Shown here piece by piece: positions 50,673 through 58,491 of a DNA stretch of 64,000 nt (position 1 is the stretch's first letter; every line of letters begins with the position of its first letter). The translations under genes and the position numbers were made by a program. Source of the stretch: Demequinaceae bacterium (GTDB lineage Bacteria; Actinomycetota; Actinomycetes; Actinomycetales; Demequinaceae). The stretch lies in the NCBI GenBank assembly GCA_016933155.1, contig JAFGBM010000014.1, positions 31,776 through 95,775 of the forward strand, given 5' to 3'. The notes below the pieces were generated by a model. It saw only the letters and a program-made list of their open reading frames with translations, ran no database searches and was not told the origin of the DNA.

Positions 50673-51479
50673 TCAAGAGCGTTTCTGATTCTTGGTCCCG
50701 TGGTGGATCGCAACGATGCCGAAGAACAGCTTCCGAACACCGCAGTTCTCGAAACGAGCGGTCTCGAGCATCCGCAGCAAGGTGTCACGGTCGGGGTGCA
50801 TGCGAATGGACTCGGCCAGGTACCTATAGCTCGCGGGGTCTCGAAGGATGAGCCTTCCCAGTGTTGGAATGACGACGAAGGAGTAGGCGTGGTAGAACGG
50901 CCGGACGAACCACCTGACCGGTCGGGAGAACTCGAGGACGATCATCCGGCCCCCGGACCCCAGAACCCGGAGCATCTCGGAGAGGGCCACGGCTTGCCGT
51001 GTGACGTTTCGGAGCCCGAATCCGATGGTGACGACGTCGAAGGCGCCGTCCTCGAAGGGCAGGGCCTCGGCGTCGGCCTCCCTGAGAAAGACCCGGTCCC
51101 GAAGAGGATGGCCGGACAGCCTTCGCTCCGCCTCGGCCAGCATCGAGGGATTGATATCGGCGAGCGTGACCCGGCCCGTCGGCCCGACTCTCTTTGCCAG
51201 CAGGATCGCGATGTCCCCTGTCCCCCCGGCGAGGTCGAGGACGCTGTCCCCTTCCCGCACGCCGGCTATCCCCACGGCTCGGCGCTTCCACAGGCGGTGC
51301 ATCCCCCAGGTCATGAGGTCGTTCATAAGGTCGTAGCGACGGGCGACGCGGTCGAAGACTTCGGCGACCTTGCCCGCCTTCTCGTCCTCCCCGACTTCGC
51401 TGTATCCGAAGTGGGTGGAGTGTCCAGGGAACGAATCGCCTCGTGTGGACGCAGAGGCGTCGGGGGAGTCGTCCGTCAC
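50673..51479 (-). CDS. menG: Demethylmenaquinone methyltransferase (UbiE/MenG family)
   Basis: VFDRVARRYDLMNDLMTWGMHRLWK. SAM motif VLDLAGGTGD. FGLRNV. Start at GTG 51479 with GGAGG 7 nt upstream. The listed 388-aa ORF has an Arg/Pro-rich extension overlapping the ABC gene. Confidence 0.9.
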   Translation of the reverse strand: MTDDSPDASASTRGDSFPGHSTHFGYSEVGEDEKAGKVAEVFDRVARRYDLMNDLMTWGMHRLWKRRAVGIAGVREGDSVLDLAGGTGDIAILLAKRVGPTGRVTLADINPSMLAEAERRLSGHPLRDRVFLREADAEALPFEDGAFDVVTIGFGLRNVTRQAVALSEMLRVLGSGGRMIVLEFSRPVRWFVRPFYHAYSFVVIPTLGRLILRDPASYRYLAESIRMHPDRDTLLRMLETARFENCGVRKLFFGIVAIHHGTKNQKRS

Positions 51480-51517
51480 CGTCGTCCTCCGTTCCTGGGT
51501 GAGCGTAGCAGGGCGTC

Positions 51518-53305
51518 CTAGGCGTACTGACGGGCCTGGAGCCCGTAGAGGTCCGCGTAGAGGCCGTCGAGGGCCATGAGCTCGTTGTGGGTTCCGGCCT
51601 CGACGATACGGCCGTCGCCGACGACCAGGATGAAGTCCGCCATGCGGACGGTCGAGAAGCGGTGGGAGACGAGCACCGTGATGGCCCCGGTGGCCTGGGC
51701 GACGCGACGCGCCCCGAGGGCGTACTGCTCGAAGAGGTTGTGCTCGGCCTGGGCATCGAGGGCGGACGTCGGCTCGTCGAGGAGGAGCAGGAGGGGGGAG
51801 ACTCGCATCATGGCGCGGCCGAGGGCGAGCTTCTGCCACTGTCCCCCGCTCAGGTCGGTCCCGGTGTCGAACGATTTCCCCACAAAGGTCTCAAGCCCGT
51901 CGGGCAGGCGCCGGAGGACGTCTTCGGCCCTGGCACGGTCGAGCGCGGCCCGGACGGCGTCCGGATCGTCGATGTCCCGCCGGGAGCCGATCCCGACGGT
52001 GTGCTGGGCCGCGAATTCGTACCTGGCGAAGTCCTGGAACCCCGCGGCGATCCTCTCCCGCCACTTGTCGATGGGGATGCGCCGGAGATCCGTGCCGTCA
52101 ACCTCGACGACGCCGGCGGTCGGCTCGTAGAACCGGCACAGCAGTTTGATGAGCGTGGACTTCCCGGCGCCGTTCTCGCCGACGATGGCGACGGTGGAAC
52201 CGGCGGGAATGATGAGGTCGACGTTCTCCAGCACGGGGGTTTCGGTCCCGGGGTAGGCGAAGGCGACGTCCTTGAACACGATGCCTTCCTTGAGGGACTC
52301 GGGCACGGAGGCGTCCTCAGCGACGGCCGGGGCATGCTCGACGACGGAGGCAATCCAGCGGATCTCGGCGAAAAGCGAGGAGGTCCTCTGGAGCCCCTGG
52401 AGGAAGCGGACGGCTGAGCTCACCTGGACGTTGACCTGACCCGCGAGGGTGACGACCATTAGAACCTCGCCCACGGAGGCGGAGCCGCGGACCGCGTCGC
52501 GAACCACCAAGAGCGTCGCCCCGACATAGGCGATGGCGAAGAAGATCTGGCCCGCTGCCCTGAGCAGGGTCGCCCTCATCTCGGCCTTGACCTCGATCTC
52601 GGAGGCGCGGTCCCATGCCCGACGTTGGCGTTCCCGCACCTGGACCTCGAGTCCGCAGGTGCGGACCTCCTTGATGGGGCCGGCGTCGCTGAGGAGGGCG
52701 AACATGTGGTTGGCCTGACGGGTGTCGGGGGCAGCCGTCCTTCGGGCGGCCGCGGCGAGGCTTTCCGCCCGGCGGCCCAGCAGGAGGGGCGGGATCGCGG
52801 CAATGGGAAGGAACAGAAGCCACGGCGTCATCTGGGCGAGCAGGAATCCCGTCACGGCCATGGCCAGGAGGATGGAGATGGTGCCGTAGGAGTTGAGAGT
52901 CGTGCCCCAGGCGGCGCGGTCGATTTCGCGGCGGATGACGGCGAGGCGGTCGGCGTGGTCGGCGCGCTCGTGGTGCTCGAGTCCGGTCGAGCCGTTCGTG
53001 AGTCTCGCGACCCTCCGGTCGAGGATCCCATTGCAGTCCTCGGCCGTCTTGAAGTAGAAGATGTGGGCGAAGTGTTCGGCGGTGAGGGACGCGATGACGA
53101 GCACGGCCGTGAAGACGGCCGCCGCGACGGCCGTGGAGGCATTCCCCGCGATCGACTCGTCGACGATGTCCCGGAGGGTGAGGGCCGCGACGGGAAGGGC
53201 GACGGGTTGAACGAGCATGAGGGTGAAGCCGACGATGAAGTTGAACCGTCCGGCCTCCCACGAGATCGCGAGGGCGTCCTTCATGCCCCGCCAGAGTTCT
53301 TTCAT
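51518..53305 (-). CDS. ABC exporter, fused permease/ATPase (pair 2, subunit B)
   Basis: Aligns end to end with the 46792..48576 product (NGSTGLEHHERADHADRL; GENGAGKSTL; LSGGQWQ; LLLLDEPTSALD). Start at ATG 53305, giving an ATGA overlap with subunit A. Confidence 0.88.
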   Translation of the reverse strand: MKELWRGMKDALAISWEAGRFNFIVGFTLMLVQPVALPVAALTLRDIVDESIAGNASTAVAAAVFTAVLVIASLTAEHFAHIFYFKTAEDCNGILDRRVARLTNGSTGLEHHERADHADRLAVIRREIDRAAWGTTLNSYGTISILLAMAVTGFLLAQMTPWLLFLPIAAIPPLLLGRRAESLAAAARRTAAPDTRQANHMFALLSDAGPIKEVRTCGLEVQVRERQRRAWDRASEIEVKAEMRATLLRAAGQIFFAIAYVGATLLVVRDAVRGSASVGEVLMVVTLAGQVNVQVSSAVRFLQGLQRTSSLFAEIRWIASVVEHAPAVAEDASVPESLKEGIVFKDVAFAYPGTETPVLENVDLIIPAGSTVAIVGENGAGKSTLIKLLCRFYEPTAGVVEVDGTDLRRIPIDKWRERIAAGFQDFARYEFAAQHTVGIGSRRDIDDPDAVRAALDRARAEDVLRRLPDGLETFVGKSFDTGTDLSGGQWQKLALGRAMMRVSPLLLLLDEPTSALDAQAEHNLFEQYALGARRVAQATGAITVLVSHRFSTVRMADFILVVGDGRIVEAGTHNELMALDGLYADLYGLQARQYA

Positions 53306-55245
53306 GGGGTCACCGCCAGTTCGTCCTCGTCGCCTTCGACGTCGAGGCCCTCGCGGAAGCGTCGTGCCTGGAGTTCGAAGAGACGCCGGTAGTTGGTATC
53401 GCACGACATGAGTTCGTCGTGGGAGCCGGATTCGATGACCCTGCCCTGGTCGATGACGACGACGGTGTCGGCTCGACGCACGGACGAGAACCGGTGGGAG
53501 ATGAGGACGCTCGTGGCGCCCCGGGTGAGGTCGACGAACTGGTCGAAGAAGGCGGCCTCGGCCCGGACGTCGAGGGCGGCAGTGGGTTCGTCGAGCACGA
53601 GCAACCGGGCGCCCTTGGCGAGGGCGTAGAGGGACCGGGCGATGGCGATGCGCTGCCACTGCCCGCCGCTCAGGTCGATGCCCCTCTCGTACCCGCGGGA
53701 GAGCATGGTGTCGAGCCCGTCGGGGGCATCCTCGAGAGCCTCGTGGATGCCGGCCTTGCGGGCGGCCTCGACCACAGCCGCGCGGTCGACGGGATCGAAG
53801 GCCGCGCCCGTCGCGATATTGTCGGCCGCGCTGAACTCGAATCGCACGAAGTCCTGGAAGACCACCGAGAGCGTCCGTCTCCACTCGCGGGCGTCGATGT
53901 CGGAGATGTTGACGCCGTCGACGTAGATGCCTCCCGCCGTCGGTTCGTACAGCCGGGCGAGGAGCTTCATGAGCGTCGTCTTGCCGGCCCCGTTGACCCC
54001 GACGATGGCCGTCGTCTTTCCGGCCTCGAGCGTGAGGTTGAGCCCGGCGAAGATCTGCTCGTCGGCCCCGGGGTAGTGGAAGTCGAGGTCGCGGAACTCG
54101 ATGGAGTGCTGTGGCGCGCCCTCCGGGACGGGAAGCGTACCCCGAGGCGCGGTATCGTCCCGGCGGACGGTCGTCGCAACCTCACGGAGTGCCGTCAGGG
54201 CGTTCATCCCGAACTGGGTCGGAGGGTCGGATTCGGGATAGTCGCGGGCGAGGAGCAGGGCGCCGACGAGGGCCTGGAGTCCGAGGGTGAGGTCCTTGAG
54301 GCTCATGTCGCCCGCGACGAGTTCGCCCCCGGCGGCACGGTCGGCAAGCGACGTCAGGCCCCAGATCACCACGCCCAGGGCGATGGCCGTGTACACGAGG
54401 TAGGGCTTGAAGTAGATGCGGCGGCGTTCTTTGTCGACCGGGTCGTTGAAGGCGGAGTGGGTCTCCCTGTGGCGCTCCTCCAGCCACTTGTTCGAGCCGA
54501 AGACCCGGATCTCCTTGGCTGCCGTGGAGCCGATGGTGACGTCACGGAGGTAGAGCAGCCGACGGCGGATCCCGCTGTTCTTGCGCCAGATCGCCGAGTA
54601 TCGCCGGAGTCCGCCGCGGTTTCCCGTGCGGAGGATGATAACCGCGGCCGTCATGGCCAAGGCGATCCAGGAGCCGAAGATGAGCCAGACGATGACGAGC
54701 AGGCTGACCAGTTGGAGGTATCGCGCGGTCAGGTACAGGAGTCCGGCGGCGGCGAACCCGGGGGTGTGCCAGTTGTTCTCGAATCGGACCCGGGCCTCCG
54801 AGAATTTCCCCAGCGTTTCGGGGTCCTCGAGGGGGCCGATGCCGATCGAGGACGTGATCGCATCGACGGCCTGGTCCCGGACCAGCCCGTCGACCCGGCG
54901 TTGGATGCGGAGCCCGAGCATCGCCTGGACGGGGGCGAGGATCTGCTGGGCCATGAAGGCGGCCGCGGCGACGAGGAAGAGTTGGACGAGCCGGTCCCAG
55001 GCCGTCGATCCGATCCCGGCGTCCACGGCGGCGGGCACCCGGCCGATCATCTCGGCCGTCGCGACCATGAAGGCGATGGGCAGGGCGCCGAGGATGAGGT
55101 TGATGACGGTGATCCCGATGAGGGAGGGCCAGCCCGCCAGGGGGAGGATCTTGATGATCCTGACGCGGGCCATCACCGCGGCGTCCCAGTAGGTGGTCAG
55201 GCGGTCGCGGAGGGAGGGGCGGGGTTCGGGAGTATCGTCGCGCAT
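53302..55245 (-). CDS. ABC exporter, fused permease/ATPase (pair 2, subunit A)
   Basis: Aligns with the 48573..50585 product (GWP..NL.LGALP...VAT..IGRVPAAV; GVNGAGKTTL; LSGGQWQRIAIAR). Confidence 0.88.
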   Translation of the reverse strand: MRDDTPEPRPSLRDRLTTYWDAAVMARVRIIKILPLAGWPSLIGITVINLILGALPIAFMVATAEMIGRVPAAVDAGIGSTAWDRLVQLFLVAAAAFMAQQILAPVQAMLGLRIQRRVDGLVRDQAVDAITSSIGIGPLEDPETLGKFSEARVRFENNWHTPGFAAAGLLYLTARYLQLVSLLVIVWLIFGSWIALAMTAAVIILRTGNRGGLRRYSAIWRKNSGIRRRLLYLRDVTIGSTAAKEIRVFGSNKWLEERHRETHSAFNDPVDKERRRIYFKPYLVYTAIALGVVIWGLTSLADRAAGGELVAGDMSLKDLTLGLQALVGALLLARDYPESDPPTQFGMNALTALREVATTVRRDDTAPRGTLPVPEGAPQHSIEFRDLDFHYPGADEQIFAGLNLTLEAGKTTAIVGVNGAGKTTLMKLLARLYEPTAGGIYVDGVNISDIDAREWRRTLSVVFQDFVRFEFSAADNIATGAAFDPVDRAAVVEAARKAGIHEALEDAPDGLDTMLSRGYERGIDLSGGQWQRIAIARSLYALAKGARLLVLDEPTAALDVRAEAAFFDQFVDLTRGATSVLISHRFSSVRRADTVVVIDQGRVIESGSHDELMSCDTNYRRLFELQARRFREGLDVEGDEDELAVTP

Positions 55246-55254
55246 CGGGTTTTC

Positions 55255-55260
55255 AGGCTA
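55255..55260 (-). promoter_or_regulatory. Putative -10 box (TAGCCT) upstream of ABC pair 2
   Basis: TAGCCT 9 nt upstream of ATG 55245, implying a very short leader. Confidence 0.35.
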
Positions 55261-55347
55261 TCGCCGCCGTCTGACGTGAAAGCGCCATTTCGGATTGCGA
55301 CTGGGTAACGTTTCTGCCGCGCCGGGGTCTCGCTTCGGCGTTTCTGC

Positions 55348-56124
55348 CTATTCCGGAAGTCCAGCGAGGGTGAGGGCTGCTCCTGCTGCGGCGACGAGCG
55401 AGACGAACAGGGGGGTGTAGAGCCGGGTATCGCCCACCGCGAACGGTGTGGTGGTGACGGTCTTGAAGAACCCGATGTGTTTGAAGTCGCCGACTGACCG
55501 GAGGCTCGCGACGATGAGGGCCATGGCGGTGGCCCACCAGACCAAGGCGGGCGGCGAGAACCACGCCATGGTTGCCAAAAGAGCGCCAAGCGTTCCTGCG
55601 GCACCCGCGGGGATCAGGCAGGCAAAAGACCCAGGCTCCGCGAGGGGTTTGAGGGTTGCGGGATCCTCCGGGTAGGTGTGGGCCCTGAGCTTGTCCGAGC
55701 CGAGAGCCCACATGAGGTGAAGCACCGCGCCTCCTGCCGCGACCGCGACGCCAAGGGCCACGATCCCGAAGAGCACCACCCGGGGCAGGGCGTCGGCGGA
55801 GTCGAGGGCGTACAGTCCGGCGGTGAGGAAGAGCGGCCAGGCGAAGTGGCCGCGGAGGGTGACCAGCATCGCCGCGCCCGTGAGGAGGGCCACGGCCCCG
55901 ACCGCCGCCCCCACCGGCACTCCCAACAGAGCCGCGGCGAGGCCAAGCCAGGCCACGGAGACGGCGTGCCAGGCGAAGCGAAGAAGATGGTTGGCCATCC
56001 GGCGGGGAACCTTGATCCTCCAGTCGCGATTTTGCAGGAGGGGCTTGACGACCAGTGCCTCGCCCAACGCTGAGTGGGCCAGGGCAAGTGCGACAAGAAG
56101 GGAACCGGCGATCACATCGCTCAT
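55348..56124 (-). CDS. Integral membrane protein, DUF3995-like C-terminal half
   Basis: 8 or so TM helices. RSVGDFKHIGFFKTVTTTPFAVGDTRLYTPL resembles the DUF3995 signature as I recall it. ATGA overlap with the upstream SanA-like gene and GGAGG SD. Confidence 0.6.
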   Translation of the reverse strand: MSDVIAGSLLVALALAHSALGEALVVKPLLQNRDWRIKVPRRMANHLLRFAWHAVSVAWLGLAAALLGVPVGAAVGAVALLTGAAMLVTLRGHFAWPLFLTAGLYALDSADALPRVVLFGIVALGVAVAAGGAVLHLMWALGSDKLRAHTYPEDPATLKPLAEPGSFACLIPAGAAGTLGALLATMAWFSPPALVWWATAMALIVASLRSVGDFKHIGFFKTVTTTPFAVGDTRLYTPLFVSLVAAAGAALTLAGLPE

Positions 56125-56771
56125 GAAGAGCCTCCAGACTCATTGCCTCGGCCGGTCCACACGTTGAGGACGGCCTTCCAATCTGCGCCGAGTTCGCGGA
56201 TGTTGCCCGTCGTGGTCCCGGCCCGCATGGTGATCGGGGGGAAGGTCCCCTCGGCGTCGAGGCCCGCCTGCTGACACAGCCAGGTGGCCCGGGCCACGTG
56301 GAACTCCTGAGTGACGACGACGACGGAATCGAGGCCGAGCGGCCCGGCGGCGTTCGCGCACGAGGCGAAGGTGTCGACGCCCTCGCGGTCGAGGATGATG
56401 GCTTCCTCCGGGACGCCCTGCGCCAGGGCGAGGTCCCGCATGGTCGCGGGCTCGTCGTAGCCGTCGGGTCGGGTCGCGCCGGTCATGACGATGACGTCGA
56501 CGAGGCCCCGCTCGTAGAGGTCCACGCCGAGGTCGACCCGCTCCTGGAGGAAGACGCTCGGCAGCCCGTCGTCCCCGACCTTCGCGCCGAGGACGAGGGC
56601 GGCGTCGGCGTGGTGGGGGGTCTCGTCGGAGGCGTAGATGTCCCCGACCGTGGCGAACCTGACATAGAGCCAGGGGCCCGCGACGACGGCCGGCACGAGG
56701 ACGACGGCGGCGACGAGCCACCGGTACCGGCGGCGGATCCTGGTCGGGGATAGCGAGCGCACGTGGATCAC
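56121..56771 (-). CDS. SanA/YdcF (DUF218) family membrane-anchored protein, copy 2
   Basis: N-terminal anchor PTRIRRRYRWLVAAVVLVPAVVAGPWL plus DUF218 core (AALVLGAKV, VIVMTGAT, ILDREGVDTF, VVVTQEFHVARA). Start at GTG 56771 (GTGA overlap) or GTG 56762. Confidence 0.75.
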   Translation of the reverse strand: MIHVRSLSPTRIRRRYRWLVAAVVLVPAVVAGPWLYVRFATVGDIYASDETPHHADAALVLGAKVGDDGLPSVFLQERVDLGVDLYERGLVDVIVMTGATRPDGYDEPATMRDLALAQGVPEEAIILDREGVDTFASCANAAGPLGLDSVVVVTQEFHVARATWLCQQAGLDAEGTFPPITMRAGTTTGNIRELGADWKAVLNVWTGRGNESGGSS

Positions 56772-57388
56772 TCGCCCCTCCCGCCCAGGACGTCGGCGAG
56801 AGCCTTCCAACTGGCTCCGACCTCTCGAGCGATTCCTCGGAGGGTCCACCAGGTGGGCGACGGAGCCGGGTAGTACCCCTGGGTTTCTAGGCCGGCTCGT
56901 TGGCAGAGCCATGTCGCGCGGGCGACGTGATACTGCTGCGAGACGACGATGACGGACTGGGCGTGGTAGACCTCGTCGGCGCGTTGACATGATGTGAAGG
57001 TGTCGACACCGAGAGGATCGAGGACGATGGCCGACGCGGGGACACCCAGGGTAATCGCGTAGTCGCGCATGACGGTGGTTTCGTTCTGACCCGTAGTGCT
57101 GCTGTCCGTCCCCGACATGATCAAAGTATCGACCACGCCGCCACAAAAAAGTTCAGCACCGGCTTCGACGCGTTGCTCCAGTCGAGGCGACAGGCTGCCA
57201 TCCGCGTTCACGAGCGTTCCCAGGACGATGGCCGCGTCGGCAGAACGTGGCGTCTCCCCGGGGCCGTAGACGTCTCCCATCGTCGCGATCCCCAGGACTA
57301 GCCAAGGCCCTGCGACGACCGTCGGGATGAGGACGACGAGCGCGACGAGCCACCGATACCTACGGCGGATGCGGGTGGGGCCGAGCAC
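56768..57388 (-). CDS. SanA/YdcF (DUF218) family membrane-anchored protein, copy 1
   Basis: MLGPTRIRRRYRWLVALVVLIPTVVAGPWL anchor plus DUF218 core (AAIVLGTLV, LIMSGTD, VLDPLGVDTF, IVVSQQYHVARA). Confidence 0.75.
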   Translation of the reverse strand: MLGPTRIRRRYRWLVALVVLIPTVVAGPWLVLGIATMGDVYGPGETPRSADAAIVLGTLVNADGSLSPRLEQRVEAGAELFCGGVVDTLIMSGTDSSTTGQNETTVMRDYAITLGVPASAIVLDPLGVDTFTSCQRADEVYHAQSVIVVSQQYHVARATWLCQRAGLETQGYYPAPSPTWWTLRGIAREVGASWKALADVLGGRGE

Positions 57389-57394
57389 GAGTCG

Positions 57395-57400
57395 AGCCTA
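57395..57400 (-). promoter_or_regulatory. Putative -10 box (TAGGCT) for leaderless SanA operon mRNA
   Basis: TAGGCT, 6 nt (CGACTC), GTG 57388. Confidence 0.45.
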
Positions 57401-57461
57401 CCGGGCGGGCTGTCGGAGGGAGGTCGCCCAACCCGGAAAGGGAAAGGCGGGGTCCCCGAGG

Positions 57462-58160
57462 TCACTTCTTCGCAGCAAGCCGGTCGAACACAACCGCCAA
57501 CTCGGACGGGATGTCGGGACGGAGATGCCTGCCGTCGGTTCTCGTCACCTGCGTGACCTTGCCCTTCCTCCACCAGTACACCTGGGGGGATATCGGGGGC
57601 GACCCGTTCTTGAAGGCCACCCGGGCGGCGAGGGCGAGCGAGCGAAACCCTGTCGTGGCATACCGATCGGTGAGTACGTGAAACAGGAGGTTGTTCGGGT
57701 TGGGGATCGCGACGAGAGCCCCGTCGGGGTGCTTGCCGACGAGGTCGAGTTCGTCCTCGAGAATGCAGGCCCTGCTCGCGGTGTGCGAGGTCGTCCCGAA
57801 GACGGTGTGGATCGTCCCGCCGTCGCCCGGATCGGTGACGATCCGGTCCTCGACGGGATCGCGGCGGAGATTCGCGATAGCCGCCGTGCGGAGTTCAGCC
57901 GCACCAAGACGGGCGAGATCCCCGTCCGTGAGGACGACGGCGCCCTCGGGTGTCATCTGGACGAAGGCCTCCAGCGCCTGGTCGCCCCAGGGCGTGGCAT
58001 ACCGGAGGCTCCCGGTTTGGCCCTTGGGAATACTCGAGGCCGCGATCAACCGAGGGTAGACCCGTTCGAGGTTTCCCGGCCTGGAGGATGCCGACGTGGT
58101 GCCGAGCCCGATACTGGTGAAGCCGACGGAACGTGGGTTGCGACGAGTAAGGAGGCGCAT
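57462..58160 (-). CDS. Hypothetical protein
   Basis: Start set at ATG 58160 (MRLLTRRNPRS) with AAGGA upstream. The listed 309-aa ORF has an Arg/Pro-rich extension overlapping accE. No domain assigned. Confidence 0.5.
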   Translation of the reverse strand: MRLLTRRNPRSVGFTSIGLGTTSASSRPGNLERVYPRLIAASSIPKGQTGSLRYATPWGDQALEAFVQMTPEGAVVLTDGDLARLGAAELRTAAIANLRRDPVEDRIVTDPGDGGTIHTVFGTTSHTASRACILEDELDLVGKHPDGALVAIPNPNNLLFHVLTDRYATTGFRSLALAARVAFKNGSPPISPQVYWWRKGKVTQVTRTDGRHLRPDIPSELAVVFDRLAAKK

Positions 58161-58236
58161 GGTCGCATCCTTGCACCTCGTCTCGCGGAGGGAATCCACC
58201 TGGAGGATGATCCCTGGCGGGTTCATCGAGCCGGTT

Positions 58237-58491
58237 CTACCGGAGCGAGTGCCGCCAGGCTGCGTCGCCGCGGGCGAGTACACCCGTCCGCCGTCCCCGC
58301 AACGTGCGGCTCCGGTCCATCCAGGCCGACGTCGGGGAGGCGGCCTCCTCGCTCGCCCCCCGGGCCGCGACCATGGCGACCATGCCGGCAACCAGCGCAG
58401 CCAGCTCCTCCTCGTCGACGGATCCGCGCACGATCCTGAGTCCGGCGGCGAGTTCCCCCGCGTCCGGCGACCCCTGCCGCGGCCTCGTCAC
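58237..58491 (-). CDS. accE: Acyl-CoA carboxylase epsilon subunit
   Basis: Small protein with [23 protein letters not shown], typical of AccE. GTGA overlap with the carboxyltransferase gene. Confidence 0.75.
   Translation of the reverse strand: MTRPRQGSPDAGELAAGLRIVRGSVDEEELAALVAGMVAMVAARGASEEAASPTSAWMDRSRTLRGRRTGVLARGDAAWRHSLR

Noticed and set aside
53306-53884. N-terminal extension of the pair-2 B-subunit ORF (listed as 788 aa). Similar extensions affect menG (to 51839), LOG (from 26658), fdxA (from 19493), deoC (from 36227), the kinase (to 10794) and rmuC (to 15339).
   Set aside because: The extensions are Arg/Pro-rich and overlap the upstream gene in another frame. They disappear when starts are placed at SD-preceded, leaderless or 4-nt-overlap start codons. 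Paralog and family alignments begin at the shorter starts.
55253-55288. 11-codon upstream ORF (MALSRQTAAIA) ending 7 nt before the ABC pair-2 start, as a possible leader peptide
   Set aside because: It has no SD, it overlaps the better-supported TAGCCT -10 candidate, and an ORF this short is expected by chance.
53419-55308. 629-aa plus-strand ORF. Similar long antisense ORFs are 2175..3308, 3580..4923, 44515..45906 and 58506..60257.
   Set aside because: All lie opposite well-supported genes (ABC exporter, pntAA, pntB, accA, accD5). All have the same Arg/Gly/Asp/Pro-biased composition and no recognisable motifs, so I treat them as GC-driven artefacts.
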